In this document: positions 38,626-47,379 of the stretch, piece after piece | Position numbering within the stretch: the first letter of the stretch is position 1 | Layout: each line of letters opens with the position of its first letter | Assembly: GCA_964547425.1 (NCBI GenBank) | Contig: CAZJNH010000004.1 | Span: forward strand, 7,226 to 71,225 | Direction: 5' to 3' | Source: an uncultured Candidatus Saccharibacteria bacterium | GTDB lineage: Bacteria; Patescibacteriota; Saccharimonadia; UBA4664; CAZJNH01 | Length of the DNA stretch: 64,000 nt | The notes under the pieces: model-generated | The model's input: only the letters and a program-made list of their open reading frames with translations | Database searches by the model: none | What the model was told of the DNA's origin: nothing | Made by a program: the position numbers and the translations under genes

Positions 38626-39425
38626 CGCCTGAACATCCCTCCGCCGGTTTTATAGTCGGCCTTAGCTTGGTCGGAATGGGCCAACTCTTCGTCACGGATG
38701 CCGTGGCCGGTTGATTTGATAAATACTTCATCCATACTCTTGGCTTTAAAGTGCTGTTTTAATTTCGCCGGGCTGGCTAGCGCCACCAGCTCACCTTGAT
38801 CGATGATGGCAATACGGTCGCAGTTATCGGTTTCAGGCAAATAATGGGTGGTAGCAAAAATCGTAATTTGTTCTTTGTCCCGCAGAGCTTTGAGGTACTC
38901 CCAGATCGAATTGCGGGTTTGGGGGTCGAGCCCGATCGTCGGCTCGTCGAGGAACAATACTTTCGGATGATGAAGCAAGCCGCGGGCGATCTCGAGGCGC
39001 CGTTTCATTCCGCCCGAAAAAGTTTTGACGGCTTTGTTGGCACGGTCGGACAACTCTACAAACTCCAACAGCTCCGTCGCCCGGCTTTTGAAAACTTGTT
39101 TGGGAACGTTGTACATCTTGGCGTGGAAGTATAGGTTCTCCCAGGCGGTCAGTTCGACGTCGAGCGCCGGATCCTGGAAAATAATGCCGATTGAGGAGCG
39201 CACTTCGCTTTGCTCGTGAACTACGTCGTGGCCGTTGACCTTGGCCTCCCCGCCGGTCGGGTGGAGCAAGGTACAAAGCATACTGATGGTCGTGGTTTTA
39301 CCGGCACCGTTGGGACCGACGAAACCAAAGATCTCGCCCTTTTTGACGGCGAAGGTTACGCCCTTAACGGCTTGGAAGCCCTTATATTCCTTGGTCAGAT
39401 TTTTGACTTCGATGGTGTTTGCCAT
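38622..39425 (-). CDS. ABC transporter ATP-binding protein
   Basis: Walker A GPNGAGKTT, signature LSGGMKRRL, and Walker B LFLDEPT. Confidence 0.9.
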   Translation of the reverse strand: MANTIEVKNLTKEYKGFQAVKGVTFAVKKGEIFGFVGPNGAGKTTTISMLCTLLHPTGGEAKVNGHDVVHEQSEVRSSIGIIFQDPALDVELTAWENLYFHAKMYNVPKQVFKSRATELLEFVELSDRANKAVKTFSGGMKRRLEIARGLLHHPKVLFLDEPTIGLDPQTRNSIWEYLKALRDKEQITIFATTHYLPETDNCDRIAIIDQGELVALASPAKLKQHFKAKSMDEVFIKSTGHGIRDEELAHSDQAKADYKTGGGMFRR

Positions 39426-39448
39426 GAATTGTCAGTATACCAAACCGT

Positions 39449-39994
39449 TCAAGCCCCTGGCTTTAGCTTGGCGGCAAATTTTTCCCTCAGTTTTTGTAGC
39501 TTCGGATTAATCACCAGCTGGCAGTAGGCTTGGGCGGGGTTTTTCGCAAAATAATCCTGATGGTACGCCTCAGCGGTATAAAAATGTTCGAGAGGTTTGA
39601 TTTCAGTCACGATCGGGTTTGGCCACAACTTGGCCACATCAGCTTTAGATTGCTCGGCTAATTTATGCTGCTCCTCGTCCTGATAGAAAATCACCGACCG
39701 GTACTGCGGCCCAACGTCGCTCCCTTGTCGGTTCGGAGTGGTCGGGTCGTGAATCGCCCAAAAAATGTCTAAAACATCCTCGTAGGAAATAATTTTGGGA
39801 TCGTAGAGGACTTTAACTACCTCAGCATGGCCGGTGGTTCCGGAACTAACCTGCTCGTAGGTTGGGTTCGCTTTTTGGCCGCCGGCGTAACCGGAGATGA
39901 CATCTTCGACGCCGTTAATTTGGCGAAACGAAGCGTCCAGGCACCAAAAACAACCGCCTCCCAAAATGGCGGATTCGGTAGTGCTCATGCTCAA
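39449..39994 (-). CDS. msrA: peptide-methionine (S)-S-oxide reductase MsrA
   Basis: Active site GGGCFWC. Confidence 0.9.
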   Translation of the reverse strand: MSMSTTESAILGGGCFWCLDASFRQINGVEDVISGYAGGQKANPTYEQVSSGTTGHAEVVKVLYDPKIISYEDVLDIFWAIHDPTTPNRQGSDVGPQYRSVIFYQDEEQHKLAEQSKADVAKLWPNPIVTEIKPLEHFYTAEAYHQDYFAKNPAQAYCQLVINPKLQKLREKFAAKLKPGA

Positions 39995-40539
39995 ACGCCA
40001 GTCCGGCCGCGATCAGGATGATCCTTGATATACCGCTGGCGGCATTCGTTAATCGCCTCGGCGACGTCTAAGGCATCGGCAATGGGCTTAAAGACAAAGT
40101 TCTCCTGCTCACCAGCGGTTTCAACTTCGATCTCACCGTAATTAAGTAAAGTAGCAAATACTCCCTTACGGGTACCACGCACGTCCTGGATTTGCTCCAG
40201 ATGCAGCTTGTTAACCGACCGGTTGAATAGTCCAATCTGGTCGATCTGCAGGTAGTGTTTGTTGGTTAAGATAATTCGGTTTTGCAGAAATATGTAGAGG
40301 GCAAAGAAGAAAGTAGCTACGGTTAAGACAGCAGCGATCATCAGAACAAAATTAATCGTTGCAGCCGAGATGGGGAGCGGCAGGCTACCCGAGTGGCCGG
40401 CCACAATAACACCGATCACCGGCAGTACCAAAAGCACAATCCCGGTGCTAATAGCAATCGGCAACAGGTTGATGATGTGACGATAGCGCACGAAGACGAT
40501 CTGCTCGTCCGGCTCAAGTTGTAGGTAGCTGGCTGTCAT
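39991..40539 (-). CDS. membrane protein with bacterial PH (YdbS/YdbT-like) domain
   Basis: Two TM helices followed by a bPH-like domain. It overlaps msrA by 4 nt. Confidence 0.5.
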   Translation of the reverse strand: MTASYLQLEPDEQIVFVRYRHIINLLPIAISTGIVLLVLPVIGVIVAGHSGSLPLPISAATINFVLMIAAVLTVATFFFALYIFLQNRIILTNKHYLQIDQIGLFNRSVNKLHLEQIQDVRGTRKGVFATLLNYGEIEVETAGEQENFVFKPIADALDVAEAINECRQRYIKDHPDRGRTGV

Positions 40540-40586
40540 AGCGAATCAAGCATAGCAAACAAGCCTGGTAGCTGGTAGGTGGGTTT

Positions 40587-41321
40587 TTACAAAGCCGTAA
40601 AGTGGATGGCGAGGTAGATTACCAGGGCGCCAAGAATGTTCATCAGTCCGGTTAGAGCTTTCGGATGGCGATGATGGCTTTCGGGCAGCAGGTCGCTGGC
40701 GCCGATATAGAGGAAGAAACCGCAGAAAAGCGCCAGGACCAAACCGAGTTGGGAATCGGATAGCGAGAAGAAAAAGGTTGAAACCACTCCCAGCACGGGC
40801 GCGGCGGCGTCAACAATCAGCCATCTCATCGCCCTTAAATTGCGGCCTTTGTGCCGCAAAACCAAGCCAACTGTATTAATTCCATCCGAGAAATCGTGGG
40901 CCAACACCGCCGCCGCCACGATCGCCCCGACCTGTGGTGAAACCTTAAACGCCAGCCCAATTCCAACTCCGTCAAGGAAACTGTGGATCGACAAGCTGGC
41001 GGCACCAAGATTGCCGCGATGGTCATGGCCTTCATCGTTATCCGAATGCGGGTGAAGTAAAAGCACCCGGTTTAAAAACATATAGGCGAAAAAACCGAGC
41101 GCGACGATCGCCGTTACAGTCGATTCCGTGTGCTGCTTCGAGCCCAAATCAAGAGCCTCCGGCAATAAGTCGAATAATGCTACGCCCATGACCGCGCCGG
41201 CGCTGAAACCAAGCACCAAATGAAGTTTATCCTGCTTCCATAAAGCAAAAATCCCGCCGATGGCGGTCGCTATAAATGCGGCAACCCCAAGAATAAGCGC
41301 CATATACATAATTAGTATCAT
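40587..41321 (-). CDS. ZIP family metal (zinc) transporter
   Basis: HSFLDGVGIG and HDFSDG ZIP signatures, and a His-rich loop HPHSDNDEGHDH. The start was moved to an internal Met because the longer ORF overlaps the next gene. Confidence 0.75.
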   Translation of the reverse strand: MILIMYMALILGVAAFIATAIGGIFALWKQDKLHLVLGFSAGAVMGVALFDLLPEALDLGSKQHTESTVTAIVALGFFAYMFLNRVLLLHPHSDNDEGHDHRGNLGAASLSIHSFLDGVGIGLAFKVSPQVGAIVAAAVLAHDFSDGINTVGLVLRHKGRNLRAMRWLIVDAAAPVLGVVSTFFFSLSDSQLGLVLALFCGFFLYIGASDLLPESHHRHPKALTGLMNILGALVIYLAIHFTAL

Positions 41322-41344
41322 AGCGTATAAAGTGTCACGAAAGA

Positions 41345-42502
41345 TTAGCGGTAGTAAGTGGTTGGGTGGGCGAACGCTAAAGTACCGCCACAAATGCCGG
41401 TTTGGCGTTCGATTTTGAGCTCGGTCGTAGAGGTCATCTGGATTAGTACTCGATTATTGCCCCGCACCGGCTGAGGGCCAATGTAGTTGTTCGGACCGTT
41501 CTGGGCATAACAGTAGATGGTCGGTCCGGGAGTAACTGTGCTAAATTCCCGGCTAAGAGTGCCGGAACTACGAGGGGTAAAGTTGAGTATTCCAGTATAG
41601 CCACCCAGGGATCCCATCGAAATTGCGCCGATAGTTGGGTCAGTGTTTTGGTGGACGAGCGCCAAACTCTTAGACCAACTCTCTACCCCACTGGCTGAAC
41701 CTTTGAACGAGTACCAGTTACCCTGGAGCGTACCCGGCTTGTCCTGGTCAACCTCACCGCAAACCGGCGCAACCGTCCGCTTAAACCGGCTCATCAGCTC
41801 GGTTTTGACCGGCTCCGAGAATAAACTAATCGGGCAAACCGTGTGGTCGGCTTTGCCGTAACGTTTCGGGTTGGCATAAACCAAGGCCGGTTGCCGTTTG
41901 TCTGCGACTCCAAAATCAAAGCCGTAGGCCGCACCCTGCCCAGCCGTGCCGACGATTTCACCAGGTTGGAGTAATACGTCGGTGTCGCTGTTGCAGTAAC
42001 GGTAGGTGTCACCCGGTCTTGGATGAGTGTCCTTACAACTGCCTTTTTGGTTGCCGATCACGGCGGCTAACTTTGGGCCCAGTTTGTTGATGTGGTCAAA
42101 GTTGGCTGAAACTCCGCGGCATGGCGAGAAAAAAAGATGGTAGTCGTCGGTTCTGATCTTGCCGTTTATGTATACGGTTTGCCGGTTGGCTTGGGTGATG
42201 CGAATTTTGCCTGGAGCGCGAACGGCTATGGCCGGAGCGGTTGGGCCATGTTTGGCAAAAACATAGTAGATGTGGTCGGTTGGAACGGTGTGATCTGGAG
42301 GCCCTAGATTACCCAGCGGAACTAGGTAAGAGAAGTCTGTGGGCGCCGTTGGGGCGGTGGTAAAAACCGGGCCGTTACCGCAACCACCAAGCTCGAGTTC
42401 GGGCTTTAGCTTGGGCCAGACCAAAATACCTAGAGTAATTAGAATCACAACCGGAACCAGGAATAACCATTTCCATTTGTTACGGCGTTTCTTGGTAGCC
42501 AT
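41345..42502 (-). CDS. Cys-rich secreted/membrane-anchored hypothetical protein
   Basis: An N-terminal basic region plus TM anchor, then about 10 Cys residues. No known domain recognised. Confidence 0.4.
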   Translation of the reverse strand: MATKKRRNKWKWLFLVPVVILITLGILVWPKLKPELELGGCGNGPVFTTAPTAPTDFSYLVPLGNLGPPDHTVPTDHIYYVFAKHGPTAPAIAVRAPGKIRITQANRQTVYINGKIRTDDYHLFFSPCRGVSANFDHINKLGPKLAAVIGNQKGSCKDTHPRPGDTYRYCNSDTDVLLQPGEIVGTAGQGAAYGFDFGVADKRQPALVYANPKRYGKADHTVCPISLFSEPVKTELMSRFKRTVAPVCGEVDQDKPGTLQGNWYSFKGSASGVESWSKSLALVHQNTDPTIGAISMGSLGGYTGILNFTPRSSGTLSREFSTVTPGPTIYCYAQNGPNNYIGPQPVRGNNRVLIQMTSTTELKIERQTGICGGTLAFAHPTTYYR

Positions 42503-42578
42503 AAGCGTTATTCTACGCCCTCAGAAGCTCGGTTCCAAAGACAAAGGTTGCAAGAAATAAAAAAATTTAGTAATAATA

Positions 42579-43562
42579 ATGCTAATGCTTATATCTAAAA
42601 AGGCTCTATCAAAGGTTCTGATCGCGGTTACGGCTTCGATGTTCGCTTTAGTATTAATGGCTCGGTTCGCATTCGCTAGCAATATTTCTTACGACCCATA
42701 CGCCGACGCGGTTCAAAGTTTCTCGGCGACAGGGATCACTAACCCCGCCAACGCTGTTGGTGCGCCGGATGGTAACTACACGACGACCGCGGGAGTCAAT
42801 GCCACGGTCACCCTGGATATGGGCTTTGGCGAGGAAGGCACAGGCAATTTAAGGATTTACTTCGGTACGATCCTGGCTGGTGCAACCGTCAAAGTTGACT
42901 TCCTGAACGGCCATTTCGGCGTCATCAAAAGCAGCACCACTTCGCTGATCACTAACACCAGTGCCTCGACAAGAGACTTTCCGTTCAGCTACGCGTCAAC
43001 TCACCAGGGTTACCGCTATGTTCGGATAACCTCCCAAGCTGAAGGCGGAACAAGCTTGGATGCCATCAGGGCCCTCGCCTACGTTGGCAGTACTCCTACC
43101 GTTGACACCGACGGTGACGGTCGGGCAGACCGCTTCGAACAAACTCACGGTACCGACCCGTTGGTGTTCGATAAACCGGTCAGCGCGGGCACCGTTTCTT
43201 CCGGCGGCAACGTCATTGGTGGACCCATTTCATCGGTTACTAACAACAATAGTTCGACGAAGAACATCCTTGAACCGATTATGGATCGGCTTCAGTTCCG
43301 CAAAGGCAGCCGGGTTAACACCGTTTCACCTTCTTCCAGTTGGTGGGACCGTTTCCTGCTGACCATTAGCAGTTATGAACTTTGCTTCGAAGGCTGGTGG
43401 TTCTGGCTCTTTGTTCTAGGCCTGCTAGCTCTGTTACTGCTTGCGTACCTTGTTGGGTACATTTCCGGGGAAAACTGCGAAGCTATAGACCCTGCCAACC
43501 GCAGCGGCCGGCAGAAGTTCCTGCACCGGATGGCCCGCAAAGCCCGCAAGAACAAACTTTAG
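42579..43562 (+). CDS. surface protein, N-terminal signal + C-terminal TM anchor, DTDGDG calcium-binding-like motif
   Basis: Signal peptide, β-rich body, VDTDGDGRAD motif, and a C-terminal TM helix with a basic tail. Confidence 0.4.
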   Translation: MLMLISKKALSKVLIAVTASMFALVLMARFAFASNISYDPYADAVQSFSATGITNPANAVGAPDGNYTTTAGVNATVTLDMGFGEEGTGNLRIYFGTILAGATVKVDFLNGHFGVIKSSTTSLITNTSASTRDFPFSYASTHQGYRYVRITSQAEGGTSLDAIRALAYVGSTPTVDTDGDGRADRFEQTHGTDPLVFDKPVSAGTVSSGGNVIGGPISSVTNNNSSTKNILEPIMDRLQFRKGSRVNTVSPSSSWWDRFLLTISSYELCFEGWWFWLFVLGLLALLLLAYLVGYISGENCEAIDPANRSGRQKFLHRMARKARKNKL

Positions 43563-43578
43563 AAAACTAAATTAACTA

Positions 43579-43612
43579 AAAAGCCCAGAACAATGTTCTG
43601 GGCTTTTTTTTG
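43579..43612. terminator. bidirectional rho-independent terminator
   Basis: aaaaagcccagaacaatgttctgggctttttttt. Confidence 0.6.
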
Positions 43613-43632
43613 GCTCTCGGTAGTGGCGGAAG

Positions 43633-44994
43633 TCAGAACGACTCTGCAGGACCCTCGGGGTTTGAATACCAAAGATTTTCTCCTTTTGATTTTTGAGACA
43701 AAATTTTCCCAGCCTTCCTCAGTCTAAATAAGGTGTCTTTAACCATCCTGCCAGTCAATCTGAGTCCAGCTGGGGCTTCAACCGATTGCATAATCTCGTT
43801 GAACGATCGGGGCGAGCCTCCCAGTAACCCAAGTACCATAATATTTTGATCTTCTTGGGGGAAACGGTTGGCTTCGGGGGAAGCCACAGCAGCTTTGGCT
43901 ACTAGCTGCCTGACCATTTCGGGGTTGCTGATAATATCATGGGCAAGGGCTTTACCTTCAGCAAGGAAAGTCTCTTTTCGAGTCGAAAAGTTTTCCAGGA
44001 TGTTAAGTGCCTCTTGCAGGGTCTCCCTTGACTCTGGTTCAATACTGATATCTGATAACTCCTGCAGATTGTACGTAGGAATGGCTAATCCTTGGTCGCG
44101 AAATCCAGTTAGGATGTAGTTCACATTGCTCCGCAAGCTTTTTTGTTCACTGTACGTTGAGTTCTGTTCAATTACATCATTGACAATAGACTCGGTGGTT
44201 AGCTCAACTCCCTCCTGCTTTGCAAGCAAACTGTTAATACTATCCGCAACGGCTTTCGAAAGTCCTGGCTGCTCAAAGCGAGGTTCGTATTCGGTAATTG
44301 TTTCAGGAAATTCATAACTGGGTTTCAGTCCCTTTGCAGAGGTCGCATCTATTTGGATTAAGCCTACCTGCTCAAGTTGCTGTAGTTGATTTCTGACCGT
44401 ATTACGCGATCCCTGCTCAACCGAGCTATAAAGAGATGCCAGATTTATGGGTAATTCATTTGTTAGCAGCTCCCTTAGGATCTCGATACGGCGATCGGGG
44501 GATCTTTTGTCCGCAGTTTTCGAATGAGTAAGCCCAAAAACTTCTTTGAGACTTTCTTTATGCTCTGAGGAAAATTTAAGTAGGTGCCCAGCCAGCGGCA
44601 CACCAAGCTCCATACCTTTTTCAGTTACGGTGTATCTAGCTCCTTGACCTGTAATCTCCTCTTTCGCTACTAGACCTATGGGGGCAAACGAGTCCTTACA
44701 ATAATCGAACCCCAGGCTTATATTTCCTTTCCACACCAAGTCTTCACCTTGAGTGTTGCGAAAAGCTCGAGCTAGGTCGCTACGGCCAAAGTCCTTTCGA
44801 GGGTGTTCAGCCATGGCCAGGAAAATAATGGCCTTTGCCTCATGATTCCCAACGGCGGATACAAGCTGTCCAAGTTCCTGGTCACTAACACGCTCGGGTG
44901 TAGTTTCGATCTCTTCTTTTTCTAAGAGTTCAGCCGCGAGTTCGCGGTGGCTAAACTTGCTTTGCTCACCAGATTCGGATTCTTGTTCATTCAT
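43633..44994 (-). CDS. hypothetical protein with repeated winged-helix-like segments (low GC)
   Basis: Lower-GC codon usage. Several segments resemble the ends of HTH/winged-helix domains (…QLQQLEQVGLIQID). The start was set at MNEQ (44994) so that the upstream repeat lies outside the gene. Confidence 0.4.
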   Translation of the reverse strand: MNEQESESGEQSKFSHRELAAELLEKEEIETTPERVSDQELGQLVSAVGNHEAKAIIFLAMAEHPRKDFGRSDLARAFRNTQGEDLVWKGNISLGFDYCKDSFAPIGLVAKEEITGQGARYTVTEKGMELGVPLAGHLLKFSSEHKESLKEVFGLTHSKTADKRSPDRRIEILRELLTNELPINLASLYSSVEQGSRNTVRNQLQQLEQVGLIQIDATSAKGLKPSYEFPETITEYEPRFEQPGLSKAVADSINSLLAKQEGVELTTESIVNDVIEQNSTYSEQKSLRSNVNYILTGFRDQGLAIPTYNLQELSDISIEPESRETLQEALNILENFSTRKETFLAEGKALAHDIISNPEMVRQLVAKAAVASPEANRFPQEDQNIMVLGLLGGSPRSFNEIMQSVEAPAGLRLTGRMVKDTLFRLRKAGKILSQKSKGENLWYSNPEGPAESF

Positions 44995-45047
44995 TGTCCA
45001 TATGATAGCAAAAAACGACCTGCCAGGTCGTTTAAGCATAGGGGCTA

Positions 45048-45065
45048 TGTCTCCGGGGGCGAGAT
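45048..45065. repeat. 17/18-nt direct repeat of the tRNA-Asn 3' end (att-like remnant)
   Basis: tgtctccgggggcgagat here matches tggctccgggggcgagat at 45181-45198. Confidence 0.5.
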
Positions 45066-45180
45066 AGCGGCTTCGCCTTCTCCGCTTCGCTACGACGAAC
45101 TCCCTGCTTCGCAGCCGAGTTCTCATCTCGGCCTGAAATCAAAAAGGTGTGGCAATGACGCGAGGTCATTTCCACACCTT

Positions 45181-45484
45181 TGGCTCCGGGGGCGAGATTC
45201 GAACTCGCGACCAATTGATTACACCGATCCCACTGTTTCCAATGAGGGTGGACTATATCATCATCCGCCGGTGGGCGGAGCGGGGCGCTTCCTCTTACGA
45301 GTACTCTCTTGCGAGATAGTCTCTGAACCTTACCCTCGCCTTTAAGAAAAAGACGAGGGGCTTGGCTGCTGATTACCTTATTCTAGGAACTTAGGTTTCC
45401 AGCAATTCACCCCGTTTTTCAAACCCGATTACTCGGGCAAGCTGCCTTTTGACAGTCAACTGCTCTACCGCTGAGCTACCCCGG
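45181..45484 (-). tRNA. tRNA-Asn(GUU) interrupted by a group I intron after nt 36
   Basis: Joining exons 45451-45484 and 45181-45221 gives TCCGGGGTAGCTCAGCGGTAGAGCAGTTGACTGT|TAATCAATTGGTCGCGAGTTCGAATCTCGCCCCCGGAGCCA. This has U1-A72, G73 and the loop CUGUUAA, as in E. coli tRNA-Asn. A rho-independent terminator lies at 45140-45180 on the minus strand. Confidence 0.75.
45222..45450 (-). ncRNA. group I self-splicing intron (229 nt)
   Basis: The 5' exon ends in U and the intron ends in G. P1 pairs the exon CUGU with intron GCAG. The P (AAUUGCUGGAAAC), Q (AAUCAGCAGCC), R (GUUCAGAGACUA) and S (GAUAUAGUCC) elements are all present, and GACUA pairs with UAGUC to form P7. Confidence 0.75.
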
Positions 45485-45514
45485 AACGCCGAGTTATTTT
45501 ATCTTTTTTACGGC

Positions 45515-45826
45515 TTACGGTAAAGAATTGCTTACTCCAGCCTCAACTTCACGATGGCAGTTCGCGCAGAGAAGGATGCACTTATCAAGCTCCTTGAGTA
45601 TCTTTTCCCAGGATCGGGTATAACCTTTGGCGCCAATCCCAAAGTTTTTCTCCTTCGGATATAGATGATGTATTTCCAAGGCACCTTGATAATAGCCATA
45701 CCCGCAAGCCAGACATTTACCCCCCAACTCAGCGACAGCCATAGCTTTTATTTTCTTACGACGTTTACTGACGGCTTGAACCATATACTTGCGGCGGTCA
45801 GCGTAAGTTCGAGTCTCTTTTCTCAC
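45515..45826 (-). CDS. HNH endonuclease (free-standing, possible homing endonuclease)
   Basis: CLACG…LEIHHLYPKE…N…LLCANCH is a canonical HNH zinc-finger nuclease motif. AT-rich. It ends 30 nt upstream of the tRNA-Asn 5' end on the same strand. Confidence 0.7.
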   Translation of the reverse strand: MRKETRTYADRRKYMVQAVSKRRKKIKAMAVAELGGKCLACGYGYYQGALEIHHLYPKEKNFGIGAKGYTRSWEKILKELDKCILLCANCHREVEAGVSNSLP

Positions 45827-45865
45827 ATACTAATTATATCGAGCAAACGAACGAAAAGCGAACGA

Positions 45866-46969
45866 TTATTCTAGCGATTTTTTGGCTTGGGGTAAAGGAG
45901 TTGCGGCTTGCTCGACGGCGCGATAATAGATTTCTTCGTAGCCGTCGGTCATCCGTTGGGCGTTAAAGTTCGTTAGTGCGTGTTCCCGGCAGGCTTTGCG
46001 GTTAATCCGATGGATTTTGCCGATCGCTTCCGCCATGCCTTCCTCGTCGTGGACCACGTAGCCGGTTTTGCCATCAACAATAATCTCCGGAATCGATCCC
46101 ATGTTAAACGCCACGACTGGAGAGCCGCAGGCCATCCCTTCGATCAGAGTAAGCCCAAAGGGTTCGGGCCAAGTGACCGGATGAAGCATACACAAAGCGC
46201 CGCTCATCAGCTTGGTTTTTTCGGCGTCATCGACCTCTCCGACCCATTTAACCTGGCCGTTAAGGTAAGGCTTCACATAGGTGTGGAAGTACTCCATATC
46301 GGCCGGGACGTCTTCGTTTAGCTTGGCGGCGATAATTAACGGGATTCCTAAGGCTTGGGCAACCGCGATGGCGTGGTGGGTGCCTTTTTCCATACAGATA
46401 CGCCCGACAAACAGTAAATAGTTGCCGGCTTTTTGGCCAAACGGATAATGCTGCATCGACAGGCCGTTATAAACCGTACCAGCGGTTTTGATCCGGGTGT
46501 GATGGGCCGTCTGGTTGTGTGAAATCGATACCAGATGAGGGCGGTTGAGTTCCTCGTATACCCGGTCGGTTCCGGCCTCGATCGGCCCGTGCAAGGTCAT
46601 CACCACCGGAGTTTCGGCGATGTTTGCCACCGGCAAACTTAGCATTATGTGGGCATGGTCATGGATAATGTCGAACTCTTTCTGATGTTTGTAGACCAAC
46701 CCAATATTTAACGCTGTGTAGGAGTTAACGCCGTAAAGTTCTTTGACTTTGTCTAGGCGCAAGGCGTGGGGATGAACATACACCAGTTTGGCGGAAGTAA
46801 GGGAGTCGCCGCTGGCAAATAAGGTAACTTCGTGGCCGCGGCGGACCAACTCTTCAGTTAACTCATAAACGACGCGTTCGGTCCCCCCATATTTCTGGGG
46901 CGGAACGCGTTCGACCAACGGGGCGACCATAGCGATTTTTAGTCGACGAGGCTGGGATTCTTTAGGCAT
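45866..46969 (-). CDS. glycosyltransferase family 4 (GT-B)
   Basis: N-terminus KIAMVAPLVERVPPQKYGGTERVV. The C-terminal region resembles the nucleotide-binding domain of retaining GT4 enzymes. Confidence 0.75.
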   Translation of the reverse strand: MPKESQPRRLKIAMVAPLVERVPPQKYGGTERVVYELTEELVRRGHEVTLFASGDSLTSAKLVYVHPHALRLDKVKELYGVNSYTALNIGLVYKHQKEFDIIHDHAHIMLSLPVANIAETPVVMTLHGPIEAGTDRVYEELNRPHLVSISHNQTAHHTRIKTAGTVYNGLSMQHYPFGQKAGNYLLFVGRICMEKGTHHAIAVAQALGIPLIIAAKLNEDVPADMEYFHTYVKPYLNGQVKWVGEVDDAEKTKLMSGALCMLHPVTWPEPFGLTLIEGMACGSPVVAFNMGSIPEIIVDGKTGYVVHDEEGMAEAIGKIHRINRKACREHALTNFNAQRMTDGYEEIYYRAVEQAATPLPQAKKSLE

Positions 46970-47205
46970 ATCAGCGCATTATAACCGTCCAAGCATAGCT
47001 ATCAACTGTGCATTTTTCCAACTCCTAGCCATCTCACCACTCTCATCCAAGTCGTCGCTGCGGATCAGTATTCTACTCCGTGGCTAAGTGCTTAGCAGAC
47101 TGGATTAGCCGCAGGACATCGACAGCCTGCACTTTATCGAGATATTTCAGATCAAAATCATAGTACCGCAGAAATCTGCGGTACCTGGCTCTGATTTTGC
47201 GCCGG

Positions 47206-47350
47206 TTCACCTGGCTCCCCCTCCGGATATTTTTGCCAGTTGAGCAGCCGTAACTGCGGCCGAATCCTTTTCTTTGAGCGACTCGTAGTAGATCATGTCG
47301 TAGATCTTCGACCTAGTGCTCCTCTCGGCCTTGGTTTTTAATTTTGCCAT
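47206..47350 (-). pseudogene. small ORF downstream of lexA, possibly frameshifted in a G5 run
   Basis: A GAGGGGGTG Shine-Dalgarno precedes 47 codons ending inside GGAGGGGGAG. The +1 frame continues for a further 40 protein-like codons (VNRRKIRARYRRFLRYYDFDLKYLDKVQAVDVLRLIQSAKHLATE). Confidence 0.25.
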
Positions 47351-47379
47351 TTTTTCACCCCCTCTTTTTTACTTACTTT

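Noticed and set aside
45066-45125. Possible second degenerate tRNA fragment between the att-like repeat and the tRNA terminator
   Set aside because: No cloverleaf can be drawn. Only the 18-nt 3'-end repeat is convincing.
45181-45484. Alternative exon boundaries giving tRNA-Thr(UGU) (intron after nt 33) or tRNA-Asp (no intron)
   Set aside because: The Thr model gives no P1 pairing with the intron 5' region. The Asp model cannot close the anticodon stem. The Asn model gives an exact CUGUUAA loop, U1-A72/G73 and a U·G P1.
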